Below the pieces are notes generated by a model that was given only the letters and a program-made list of their open reading frames with translations, made no database searches and was not told the DNA's origin. A stretch of DNA of 64,000 nt from Macrostomum lignano. Its lineage: Eukaryota. The stretch is taken from NCBI GenBank assembly GCA_002269645.1, contig NIVC01000436.1, positions 124,001-188,000 on the forward strand, in the 5' to 3' direction. The first letter of the stretch is position 1. Each line of letters opens with the position of its first letter. The translations under genes were made by a program, and so were the position numbers. Shown here piece by piece: positions 34,801 through 46,479 of the stretch.

Positions 34801-36368
34801 CAGCGATGATTATCCAAGATTTTAGTTGCATCTTATAGTGACTGAGGCAGCGATGATTATCCAAGATTTTAGTTGCATCTTAATGACTGAGGCAGCGATG
34901 ATTATCCAAGATTTTAGTTGCATCTTAATGACTGAGGCAGCGATGACTATCCAAGATTTTAGTTGCATCTTAATGACTGAGGCAGCGATGACTATCCAAG
35001 ATTTTAGTTGCATCTTAATGACTGAGGCAGCGATGACTATCCAAGATTTTAGTTGCATCTTATAGTGACTGAGGCAGCGATGATTATCCAAGATTTTAGT
35101 TGCATCTTATAGTGACTGAGGCAGCGATGATTATCCAAGATTTTAGTTGCATCTTAATGACTGAGGCAGCGATGACTATCCAAGATTTTAGTTGCATCTT
35201 AATGACTGAGGCAGCGATGATTATCCAAGATTTTAGTTGCATCTTATAGTGACTGAGGCAGCGATGATTATCCAAGATTTTAGTTGCATCTTATAGTGAC
35301 TGAGGCAGCGATGATTATCCAAGATTTTAGTTGCATCTTATAGTGACTGAGGCAGCGATGATTATCCAAGATTTTAGTTGCATCTTATAGTGACTGAGGC
35401 AGCGATGATTATCCAAGATTTTAGTTGCATCTTATAGTGACTGAGGCAGCGATGATTATCCAAGATTTTAGTTGCATCTTATAGTGACTGAGGCAGCGAT
35501 GATTATCCAAGATTTTAGTTGCATCTTATAGTGACTGAGGCAGCGATGATTATCCAAGATATTAGCCACATCTTAGTGACTGAGGCAGCGATGACTATCC
35601 AAGATTTTGTGCTGGTAGACTGACAATATATCAGTAGACAATTATCGATAGAAACACTCGCACCCCACCTCACCAGACGATCCCATGGACTCGGACTGGC
35701 TCGCCTGTTTTCCTTCCAAGGCGACGGTTGTCAAGCGTCACCATGGCAACAGTGGCAACCACAACAACAGCAACAACGCAGTGGTTGCAATTGACACCCT
35801 AACACCGGGAGATGAAATTCTTACTCTGGACGAGCTGACAGGAAAGCAGGTGTTCACCAGAGTTCTCGGTTATCACCATAAACTCGGAGACAGCGAGGCA
35901 ACCTATCTGAAGATCCAATTAGCCAACGGACATCAGCTGGAGGTGTCACCCAATCATCTGGTCTTCTCCACTTCGGCAACGTCGCTAAAAATTCGACCAA
36001 CCTACGCTGCCGACTTATCGATCGGCGATCGTTTGATGACGCCGCAATCGTCTGACGGAGGCTGGACGGGAGTAGTGAAAATTTCCGTGAGACATCGTCG
36101 AGGTCGGTACGCTCCGATGACGTCGGCTGGTCACCTGCTGGTTAACGGAGTCTGGGTGTCCAGCTACGCGCACACTCGTCATCAAGCCGCTGCTCATGTC
36201 CTGTTTGCTCCTCTGAGATGGTTGGATTTCCTTTGTAGCAGCGGCGGCAGGTTCTGCAACTCGATGACGTCAGATGCGTACGATAGAGACGGAGTGCACT
36301 GGTATTCGGGGTGGCTGCATCGAGCTGCTCAACTCATGGCTCCCGGTAGCGTTCTGTTTCCCAACTAA
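31841..36368 (+). CDS. hh: Divergent Hedgehog precursor (signal peptide, Hedge signalling domain, Hint/Hog autoprocessing domain with SRR), 441 aa, 3 exons
   Basis: Exons 31841-32164, 33060-33369, 35677-36368 (1326 nt). Hydrophobic leader then VNA|CFSQ. Hedge motifs: ASGPEG, YMTR|RCKEKL, ESLHFSGRAVD, LGRLAQLA, FDY, VHCSVKS. Hint: A|CFPSKATV, LTPGDEI, VSPNHLVF, GRYAPMTSAGHLLVNGVWVSSYA. SRR: AHVLFAPLR, GVHWYS. Both introns sit at the positions (MT.|RCK and SVK.|) known from vertebrate Hh genes. Confidence 0.92.
32205..32975. repeat. 14-bp minisatellite (GGGATCTACAGGTA), hedgehog intron 1
   Basis: Direct reading; degenerate in the 5' half, near-perfect in the 3' half. Confidence 0.95.
33410..35610. 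repeat. 45/47-bp minisatellite (GACTGAGGCAGCGATGATTATCCAAGATTTTAGTTGCATCTT[AAT/ATAGT]), hedgehog intron 2
   Basis: About 47 near-identical units filling almost the whole intron. Confidence 0.98.
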
Positions 36369-36521
36369 TTAACTATCTGGTATTGTAGACTTTCATAGGA
36401 TTCAGTTCGTGATTCCCAGTCCAATTTAAGTTTGCCGTAACTCTGCTGACTTGGTCTGTGCTTGTCTATTGGGCCTAGCTTCAGTGACTGGTTGCCGATA
36501 TTAACTGATTGGAGAAAGGTT

Positions 36522-37462
36522 GCTAACTGGTTGCTAACTGGTTGCTAACTGGTTGCTAACTGGTTGTTAACTAGTTCCTAACTGGTTGCTAACTGGTTGC
36601 TAACTAGTTGCTAACTGGTTGTTAACTAGTTCCTAACTGGTTTTTAACTGGTTGCTAACTGGTTGCTAACTGGTTGTTAACTAGTTCCTAACTGGTTGCT
36701 AACTGGTTGCTAACTAGTTGCTAACTGGTTGTTAACTAGTTCCTAACTGGTTTTTAACTGGTTGCTAACTGGTTGTTAACTAGTTCCTAACTGGTTTTTA
36801 ACTGGTTGCTAACTGGTTGCTAACTGGTTGCTAACTGGTTGCTAACTGGTTGTTAACTGGTTGTTAACTGGTTGTTAACTGGTTGCTAACTGGTTGCTAA
36901 CTGGTTGCTAACTGGTTGCTAACTGGTTGCTAACTGGTTGCTAACTGGTTGCTAACTGGTTGCTAACTGGTCGTTAACTGGTTGCTAACTGGTTGCTAAC
37001 TGATTGCTAACTGGTTGCCAACTGGTTGTTAACTAGTTCCTAACTGGTTGCTAACTGGTTGCTAACTGGTTGTTAACTGGTTGCTAACTGGTTGCTAATT
37101 GGTTGCTAACTGGTTGTTAACTGGTTGTTAACTGGTTGCTAACTGGTTGCTAACTAGTTGTTAACTGGTGCTAACTGGTTGTTAACTGGTTGTTAACTGG
37201 TTGCTAACTGGTTGCTAACTAGTTGTTAACTGGTGCTAACTGGTTGTTAACTGGTTGCTAACTGGTTGCTAACTGGTTGCTAACTGGTTGCTAACTGGTT
37301 GCTAACTGGTTGCTAACTGGTTGCTAACTGGTTGAACTGGTTCCTAACTGGTTGCTAACTGGTTGCTAACTGGTTGTTAACTGGTTGCTAATTGGTTGCT
37401 AACTGGTTGTTAACTGGTTGCTAATTGGTTGCTAACTAGTTGTTAACTGGTTGCTAACTGAT
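36522..37462. repeat. 11-bp array (AACTGGTTGCT) just 3' of hedgehog
   Basis: About 85 units, with AACTAGTT palindromic variants. Confidence 0.96.
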
Positions 37463-37964
37463 TGCTATTTGATTGTCAACTGATTGCTAAGCTCAACTTC
37501 GAAGCATCAGCCCAAATCAAATCAGACTTCCTCAGCCTCCTCTTCATCTTCACTTCCATGCCCAACAACCGGTTCAGTTCAACCCTAGTGAGAACTGTGT
37601 TGGGTTGCATTTTTCTGTCACGGAAAAAAAACCGACTCTGCATCACCTCAGCCGTTTCAGTTAACGATGCTTTTGTTTACTGGAAGGATGGTAGTTACCT
37701 GTTATAGCTTACTCCTTGTTAGCGTTCACGCGTAATCGAGTATTCAGCATTAAACCTGTTATGAAAATCTTTTTAGTAGTTTTGTTTAAAACCTTCAAGC
37801 AATTCGAAGCAGTCGAAAATTTGAAAGTTACAAAAATTTTAATTATATAAAAGTAGCCACAAGCGTAGATATACACGTAGTTGTAGCGGTAATAGAGCAC
37901 TTGATGCAGTGTAGGAAAAAGATGTTTGAACTGCATACGCTAAATGATCAGATTTCTCAACGAA

Positions 37965-38405
37965 GAACGCGCGCTCACAGAAATAGACTACGGGGATTCC
38001 CCCACGAGGAACGCGCCTGCACAGAAATAAACTACAGGGATTCCCCCACGAGGAACCTGCGTGCACATAAATAGACTACATGGATTCCTCCACGAGGAAC
38101 GCGCGTGCACAGAAATAGATTACAGGGATTCCCCCATGAGGAACGCGCGTGCACAGAAATAGATTACAGGGGTTCCCCCACGAGGAACCTGCGTGCACAT
38201 AAATAGACTACATGGATTCCTCCACGAGGAACGCGCGTGCACAGAAATAGATTACAGGGATTCCCCCATGAGGAACGCGCGTGCACAGAAATAGATTACA
38301 GGGATTCCCCCATGAGGAACGCGTGTGCACAGAAATCAACTACAGGGATTCCCTCCATGATGAATATTAGATTGTAGGGATTCCCCCACGAGGAACGCGC
38401 ATGCA
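37965..38405. repeat. 44-bp array (GAGGAACGCGCGTGCACAGAAATAGATTACAGGGATTCCCCCAC)
   Basis: GAGGAAC at 38006, 38050, 38094 and onward; about 10 copies. Confidence 0.92.
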
Positions 38406-39224
38406 TAGCAGTTTGCGAGTAATCTTTCAAGAGAGTTTAGTTCAGAAGCTCAGGATTTCAAGTTGATTTCAGTTAGTTAGGATCGACAAAATAATGCGCA
38501 AATTATCAAACTTCCCAGTTTCGTCGGCGTTGCTGAAACGCGCAAATACGTTTTATCATTCCTGTTCACTCTCTCCACGGCCGCTTCGCCTCGTCGTTAA
38601 AGACTGACTGAGTTGCTCTCCCCAACTCCAAATATGGTTGAAATTTTGACCGTGGGATTCGTAGGTGCGCGGTGGCAACGGGCCTAAACACAGAATGCAC
38701 CAAATAGCCATCGAGAATTGCGTCGAATTTTCGGTTCAATCAATAGTCTTTTTTCTTAGAAATAAAGGCAAAGAAAGGCCGAAAAAAGGGTATTTTTTGA
38801 AGTTCTGTCTGGCGCGCATCGCAGATGAAGAGCAATAACCCTAAGTTCTATCCAACGAATATCTAAATTAGTTAGAAATATAGCATCGCATCCATGGACA
38901 GTTAAGCGTGACGCGACACAGCCGGTCCAGTTTTTTTCTAAGATGGGATAAATGGGATAAATAGAAATTTAAGAGTTCGCAACGAAATATAGCTTTTTTT
39001 ACCTACGTTTTTGTTTATAAGAGAGAAACTGGTCGCTATGCGGATGCAAGAACTTGCGGATAAGTTAAGAACTTATAGTACTTGAATATAATTATCAATA
39101 TAGCTTTCTCCACTAAACGCACTGTAAGTAGTTTAGCAAAACTTGCAACTACGAGTATAGGCACATTGGAAACCCAATTTCACCCCCCCCCGGTTGCTAG
39201 CCAGTTTTTGGTGCTTAAGTGTCC

Positions 39225-40525
39225 TGACCCGTCTAAAAGTGGCACTCCTGACCCATCTAAAAGTGGCACTCCTGACGCATCAAAAAGTGGCACTCCTGAC
39301 CCATCTAAAAGTGGCACTCCTGACCCGTCTAAAAGTGGCACTCCTGACCCATCAAAAAGTGGCACTCCTGACCCGTCTAAAAGTGGCACTCCTGACCCAT
39401 CTAAAAGCGGCACTCCTGACCCGTCTAAAAGTGACACTCCTGACCCATCTAAAAGTGGCACTCCTGACCCATCTAAAAGTGGCACTCCTGACCCGTCTAA
39501 AAGTGGCACTCCTGACCCGTCTAAAAGTGGCACTCCTGACCCATCTAAAAGTGGCACTCCTGACCCGTCTAAAAGTGGCACTCCTGACCCATCTAAAAGT
39601 GGCACTCCTGACCCGTCTAAAAGTGGCACTCCTGACCCATCTAAAAGTGGCACTCCTGACCCGTCTAAAAGTGGCACTCCTGACCCATCTAAAAGTGGGC
39701 ACTCCTGACCCATCAAAAAGTGGCACTTCTGACCCGTCTAAAAGTTGCACTCCTGACCCATCAAAAAGTGGCACTCCTGACCCATCATAAAGTGGGCACT
39801 CCTGACCCATCATAAAGTGGGCACTCCTGACCAATCAAAAAGTGGGCACTCCTGACCCATCAAAAAGTGGCACTCCTGACCCGTCTAAAAGTGGCACTCC
39901 TGACCCGTCTAAAAGTGGCACTCCTGACCCATCTAAAAGTGGGCACTCCTGACCCATCAAAAAGTGGCACTTCTGACCCGTCTAAAAGTGGCACTCCTGT
40001 CAAATCTAAAAGTGGGCACTCCTGTCAAATCTAAAAGTGGGCACTCCTGACCCGTCTAAAAGTGGGCACTCCTGACAAATCTAAAAGTGGGCACTCCTGT
40101 CAAATCTAAAAGTAAGCACTCCTGTCAAATCTAAAAGTGGGCACTCCTGTCAAATCTAAAAGTAGGCACTCCTGTCAAATCTAAAAGTAAGCACTCCTGT
40201 CAAATCTAAAAGTGGGCACTCCTGTCAAATCTAAAAGTAAGCACTCCTGTCAAATCTAAAAGTGGGCACTCCTGTCAAATCTAAAAGTAGGCACTCCTGT
40301 CAAATCTAAAAGTGGGCACTCCTGTCAAATCTAAAAGTGGGCACTCCTGTCAAATCTAAAAGTAGGCACTCCTGTCAAATCTAAAAGTGGGCACTCCTGT
40401 CAAATCTAAAAGTGGGCACTCCTGTCAAATCTAAAAGTGGGCACTCCTGTCAAATCTAAAAGTGGGCACTCCTGTCAAATCTAAAAGTGGGCACTCCTGT
40501 CAAATCTAAAAGTGGCACTTCTGAC
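39225..40525. repeat. 24/25-bp minisatellite (AAAAGTGGCACTCCTGACCCRTCT grading into AAAAGTGGGCACTCCTGTCAAATCT)
   Basis: Direct reading; two variant domains. Confidence 0.96.
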
Positions 40526-41099
40526 GTCTCGGTGCTGTCAAATCTGTAGCAAGCACACCGTCTTTCCATGTTGATTAAAAAGCAACCTAAAATAATGCAC
40601 TTAGGATTTGACTTATCCCGGTTAGCTAAACGCTCAATGCGCGCCATAAAATGCCAGAAAGTATAGCATCCCCAATGCTTATATCTGTAAAAAGTTTGCC
40701 AACTAAAACTAAGCGTCGCTTGTACAGTGCCCCCCCCCCCACGAGAACTCAACACCTCCAACACTTGAAGGTTTTTTTCTCTGTGTCGCGTGCAGTCGCA
40801 CCTTCTGGCACGATCGGAGATGAGCTAGAGAGGCTGCTATTCATTTCGGGGAGGAATTATAAATGGTTATATTTTGTCGGCTTTCAATAGCCCAGACAAC
40901 TACGCAAAAACTCGTGGAAGATTCGAAACTTTTCCCTCCCCCCCCCCTCGTGTCTGTCCAGTCAGGCAGGCAAGGGCCGTTTTTTCCCGTTTTTTATCGG
41001 TTTCGCGCCCTTCAGTCCTGGGGTTGTAAACTAGGTCGCCGCTAAAACCGCGTGCCCTAATTCTAAGGGTATTTTGTTTATAAGTAATGATGGAAAAAG

Positions 41100-41465
41100 A
41101 AGAAACCAACTCTCTTACCGACTGTCATGGAACCAACTCTCTCACCGACTGTCATGGAACCAACTCTCTCACCGACTGTTATGGAACCAACTCTCTCACC
41201 GACTGTCATGGAACCAACTCTCTCACCGACTGTCATGGAACCAACTCTCTCACCGACTGTCATGGAACCAACTCTCTCATAGACTCACATGGAACCAACT
41301 CTCTCACCGACTGTCATGGAACCAACTCTCTCACCGACTGTCATGGAACCAACTCTCTCATAGACTCTCATGGAACCAACTCTCTCACCGACTGTCATGG
41401 AACCAACTCCCTCATAGACTCTCATGGAACCAACTCTCTACTCGACCCTCGTGGAACCAAAACTC
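41100..41465. repeat. 27-bp array (ATGGAACCAACTCTCTCACCGACTGTC)
   Basis: About 13 copies. Confidence 0.94.
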
Positions 41466-43109
41466 CCTCATAGAAATTTTCAAGCTCCTCGACAGGATAC
41501 TGAAGTATTTTTAATTAATAACCAGTGCTATTGACTTACTACAAAGAACGAAGGAACAACAGCAATTTTTGGAACCCATATTATTCTAAATTAATCAATT
41601 TTACACGAGCACATTGGACTCGATAATTACTGGGGCATTGGCTGGTTTGTGCTGAATTTTTTAAAATCGGTTGCATACGTCCATTTTTCTGCCGGCCACG
41701 CACCTGCCCTCAAGATGTCCATTTATGGGACTAACACAGTATGCCCTGGCACTGTAGGCGGTTAATCGGCCACTAACCCGTGAAATCAGACCAGCAATCC
41801 CTGTGGAGGAATTCATAGTTCCATGAAGAGCGCGATATCTTAAAATGCGTTTTAGGAAGATGGCCGCTTGCTAAATTAATCCCCATGGAAGCTTAAAATA
41901 TGCAGTTTAATTTACTGAACTACAACCAGTTTTACGAACAGGTAATACTCTAGAGCACATTAAAACAAAATAGTACTGCACACTCGTACTTAAAGTCTAA
42001 AAAGCGCTATACTAAAAAGATCCTTTTGAATTCTCTTATTTTGTCGTTTTATAAGGAAAATAGAATTGAAATAAGAAACAGAAATAAAAACATTGGATGA
42101 ATAAAGAAAAAAAAGCATGTAAGTAAAATAAATAATAAGGATGCATCATGCATGTACGTAAAAAAACAAGCCGAAGGTGTAATGTGTTAATATTTTTTTT
42201 AAAACGAATCTTCATTCAGTGAGTCTACCAAATAATGACGCGTATATTCTTGCAAAAATTTAAACTGTTTTTATGCCGAATTTCATTCAATTACATTTGC
42301 GTGTACGTGTGAATGTAAATTTCATTTTATCCGGTTACATTTTCTTTTATTTTCTAACGTGTTGTCCCCATCTTCTTACTAGTTTGTTAAACATGTGGTA
42401 CTGTTATCAAAACAACATTTAACCAATTTTCGTAGCTTAAGTGAGAGACTGTACGTCGACGGAATCCGCTACTGTAATCGGTTTGTTTATAACAAATGAG
42501 ATGCAACCTCACAAATTTGATTTAGTTTTTTTTTTCGATCAATTCTGATGCAGAAAGTGATCTAAGTTTTTATTTATTCTGCAGCAAATTATATTTTATC
42601 TTTCTTATGTTTTGAATACTCAGCTTTTCTCATAAAAAATAATAGCACTCGTCTAAAGGTAATTCAAAAGCTTGCAATCTACAACAAGATATTCACGACA
42701 ACACTACTCTTTTCATCAGCTTATTGTACGAGTAGTATCTTTAGCCTTTTGTGTATGCATGTACGAGTGTTTTGGTTTTAATAGCTTTTGCTCTTCCCAT
42801 TATTCAGCAAGCAATGTAAAACTCGAACAAACTAATAAAATTGCGTTTTTTATTTGACAACATGACCCGTGTCTTGAATAAAAGTGTGTTCTATTTTGTT
42901 TTAATTCGAATTATACGCTATAAATTATTGATAGAAGTAATTTCTTGTTTAATCGGACTATTTTCCAATCTGAGTTAAACTACAATACAACAAATTACAT
43001 GTAATTCAATTTATTTATTCATTCTGCTACATGTGCGACATGAGAAAATACCAGTAGACTACATTTACAGACTTATAAGCCTGGGACGGTTGTAAAATCT
43101 TGAGATTTC

Positions 43110-43665
43110 AAATCGCCGAAAAAGTGGCTGCAGCTAGAGTCGGCCAACATGTGGTTGTCAACGAGCGGAAAACCAATGCAAAGGTGCTGACAATGTCGCA
43201 CCCTCACAATCTGCCTGTCGAGATTCTACCCAAAGATGCTGAAGACGCGGAACACCGCTCCAGAGGCGTCGTCACTTCAACTACGTTATTTTTGCAACCA
43301 GCAATAGCGATCTCGTATCGGACCTGACAAGCGACGTCCTCGCTAGCCTGGATCACACATTTCGATCTGCCTGAGCTTCACTCGGAGGACCTGACAGACA
43401 ACACCAGGTATCGCAGCTCCTCCAGACGGTCGTGAAGACAGCATTGCTGTACAACACTGTCAAGATCTGGGCACTCAGGCAGCTCGACGCGACACCAGCG
43501 GCTCTGCTCCACGCTGCGTTCGGCGCCTGCCGCGGCCCTAAATGCGTCCCGCAAACGACGACTTCTTACGTGTCCAAGCGTGCTCGATCAAAAGCCTTCA
43601 GTTTTGCTGAGTGAGCGACGCGACTGCAGCTGACCGCTGGCCGCTTGCGAGCCATCCGGGACGGA
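43110..43665 (+). mobile_element. Old, 5'-truncated, decayed RTE-type LINE fragment related to 46480-48774
   Basis: GTTGTCAAC...AAAACCAATGCAAAGGTGCTGAC, CTGTACAACACTGTCAAGATCTGGGC and GCTGACCGCTGGCCGC...ATCCGGG parallel 48040-48070, 48312-48340 and 48500-48525. Confidence 0.7.
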
Positions 43666-44559
43666 AACAATACAATACTCAGACACAGACAGACTAATGA
43701 TTGATTAAAATTTCGTATTTCGATAACAATTTGAATTAAAGGCATAATCTACATGCGAATTCCATAGTTTTCCTTATTATTGGATGACTCTAGAATTTTA
43801 AGTGATCAAGCTGCAATAGTCCGATTGCTTGCACTGTAAATGGCTTTGCTGCTGCTACTTAGGCAACAACTAGTATCCAAAGTTCATTAAAATGCAAAAA
43901 AACGTTTCGCGGTTATTTAAACTTTGTTCAAGCAGATATATTTGAGCCATGAATTACGCTCGTATGTGCTAGTGGGGCTACCACATTTTGCGTTCCTTTT
44001 GGCCGTGTTGTTTTTTTCGTTAAGTGTTTTTCCAAGGACAAGTCTGTCACCAGATACACCTGATGGAGACTTTTGCTTTTATTCTATTCAGTCGGGTGGT
44101 CCAGACGCTGGTCACTATCTATACGAATGCTTCCGGTGTGTTTTGTTCTTTTTTAGGGCGGTCCTGCCCGCTGATGGACCCACCGCTGCTCCTTTCGATA
44201 GATGTTGATGGGACTTTTCTGCTAGCCTGTAAAACCTTCGCCCAGGCGCGTTTTCACCCCAACGTCCAACTATGTTAGCGTTCGCCGCATTACATACATG
44301 TAGTTCAATTCCTATTTTGGTAAATTGAAAAATAAGGCAGAATAAATAAGGACGCGTGATCTCTACTAGGAATGCTGCTGGACGTTACTGAATCAGCATT
44401 GAAACAAATAATCAATACTTCATGTAAGCTCAACGAAAGCTTTGAGATTTATGATTTGATATTTACTCGAATAGATCCGTACCAAATACGGTGGTGACAT
44501 CTGGCCAGCACTGCGCTACTTTATCATACTAGAAAAATCAGCAGCAAGCTTAGCAGGCA

Positions 44560-46420
44560 ATTTCCGGCACCGTGGATTGCGGCCCACCGAATGACACCGA
44601 TAGCTCCAGAAGTGCCAGCTCACGCCCACGGACATATGGAATCTCTGCCGCTGGACGGGACAGTGGACCGCTTCTGCTCCGTCACTTTCAAGGCGGCTCA
44701 GGGGGCCTGCCGCCGTACCCCATTCTGGAACAAAGGGTGTATGTACCAAGGCCTCCAGAAAAGTCCAAGAAGCTCGGTCAGCGGCCGATTCCCTGAAAAC
44801 CCCGGCGGCCCTGACCGCTTTCAACCGCACTCGCCGTGACCCCGCCGCCATCATCAGTCCGGCCCAGGGTACCAGACCAGCGTGTGTGTGCAACACAGAC
44901 AAGGAAGAAGTCAACCTCTTCTGCCAGCTATATCTCCCGGGTATCTCCCGGGTATCTCCCGGGTATCTCCCGGGTCGACCTGTAATGGTTTTATTCCTTG
45001 CCTTATTGGCGGGAACTGTTATCATCCAGACTTATGACAAAAATGTTGCTAAATAATTGTATCGCTTTTAATGTACATTCGCTCTCTCTATGTACATTGT
45101 TGACTTGCATAAATATAGCCAGCGCTGCCTCACTGGGGCCTTCGTTGATTTTTACACTGCCAAATACCGCGCGTTACAGACCGGAGCCCGGAGGACTCGG
45201 ATCTCCGCGAAACCCCCAGCGAAGCCGCCGCTATAGCGAATCCGAACCGCCCCTCACCACGCAAGAGCTGCGCACCGCCATCCGAAACCTGAAGTCTGGA
45301 ACAACGGCAGGACCAAGGAAATATTGAAGCGCCTCCGGCCCGAATGGACCTTCCACTCCCGTCACTGAATAACCTCGCCTGAAAGGAGGGCGCCATCCCG
45401 TCCAGCTGGCGTCTGGCCGTCATCATCCCGATCCCGAAGAAGGAGAAGGACCCGAAGGTGCCCAGCAGCTACCGCCCAGTGGCCCTTTCCAGCAACGTTG
45501 CCAAGGCTCTGCTAGACTTCAGCCGGGCGTACGACAGAGTCTGGCGCTTGGCCCTGTACGCTAAGCTGCTGCGCCTGGGGGTTGGCCGCCGACTTGTCCG
45601 GTCCGCGGCTTCCTCTGGCAGCGCCGGGCCAGAGTCCGCTGGAACGCCGCCGCCAGCCGGGAACGCTGCTTCCGCGAAAGACTCCCGCAGGGAAGTGTCA
45701 TCGCCCCGAAGCTCTGTATCGAATGTCTATGTCAATGACCTCGCTGTCAGCTAACCTTCGCCCAACATGCCGCAGACTTGAGACGTCGCATGGACGCGAC
45801 TGGGATACCTTCGCCTCGCCCTTCGCCTCGCTTCGCCTCCTGGTTGAGCGTCAGCAGAACTGCTGTGCCAGGGCGATCACCGGTCGCATTCAGCCCACCA
45901 CCATCCGGGAGCTCCTCGCCACTGCGGATCTGCCGCCGCTGGGCCACCTCTTCATGGAAATAAAGAGCGGCCACCCTTCACGAGAAGTCGCTCAGGCTCC
46001 TGTCGGACACTCCAGCCCCACTAATCGGCAAGCAGAACCTGTCAACCACGCCTCAAATCTGGCTCCGTGAGCACCATGAGACTGAGGACGGCATCCCGGA
46101 CAGCTGCCGACAGAAGCGCACGATTGAATTCATCAATAACCGTGACGCAAGAGACATCAATGTCTGGACTGACGGCAGCGCTACCGACGGCTGCCGCAAC
46201 AGACGAGGGGCCACGGTAATCACGACTCGCCGCTGGGGACAGGTCCTCACAGCGGCTGCGGGGGCCATCTGCAGCAGCACCACAGCTGGGCTGACGGCCA
46301 TCGCCCTGGGCATCGGGCAGTGCAGCTCCCTCCTGCTCTGCCACGGCCAGTCAATCGACATCTTCACGGACAGCATGGCGGCGGTCCAGATCCTGTCGCG
46401 CTCAGCCGGCCAGAGGGCGA
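44560..46420 (+). mobile_element. Decayed non-LTR retrotransposon of I/ingi type: RT plus RNase H
   Basis: Frameshifted RT pieces: PLTTQELRTAIRNLKSG, SWRLAVIIPIPKKEKDP..SSYRPVALSS, LDFSRAYDRVW, a GLPQGSV-like segment and YVND. RNase H from 46153: VWTDGS...CSSTTAGLTAI...IFTDS. An AT-rich insertion lies at about 44980-45165. Confidence 0.85.
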
Positions 46421-46479
46421 CTCCGTGGCGCGGCCAGGTGCCTGTTGTCCCCAGTCCCTGCTATTTCAACTATGGATCC

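Noticed and set aside
33410-35610. 45/47-bp array as CRISPR or as coding (TEAAMIIQDFSCILM)
   Set aside because: No spacers; the 47-bp variants break the frame; it lies inside a conserved-position Hh intron.
35706-36170. Hint domain as a mobile intein
   Set aside because: No C-terminal His-Asn/Cys junction or homing endonuclease; it is followed by an Hh-type SRR and preceded by a Hedge domain.
39082-41514. PDPSKSGT and NSLTDCHGT repeat ORFs
   Set aside because: Minisatellite translations; the frame is lost at 25-bp variants and there is no flanking domain or splice support.
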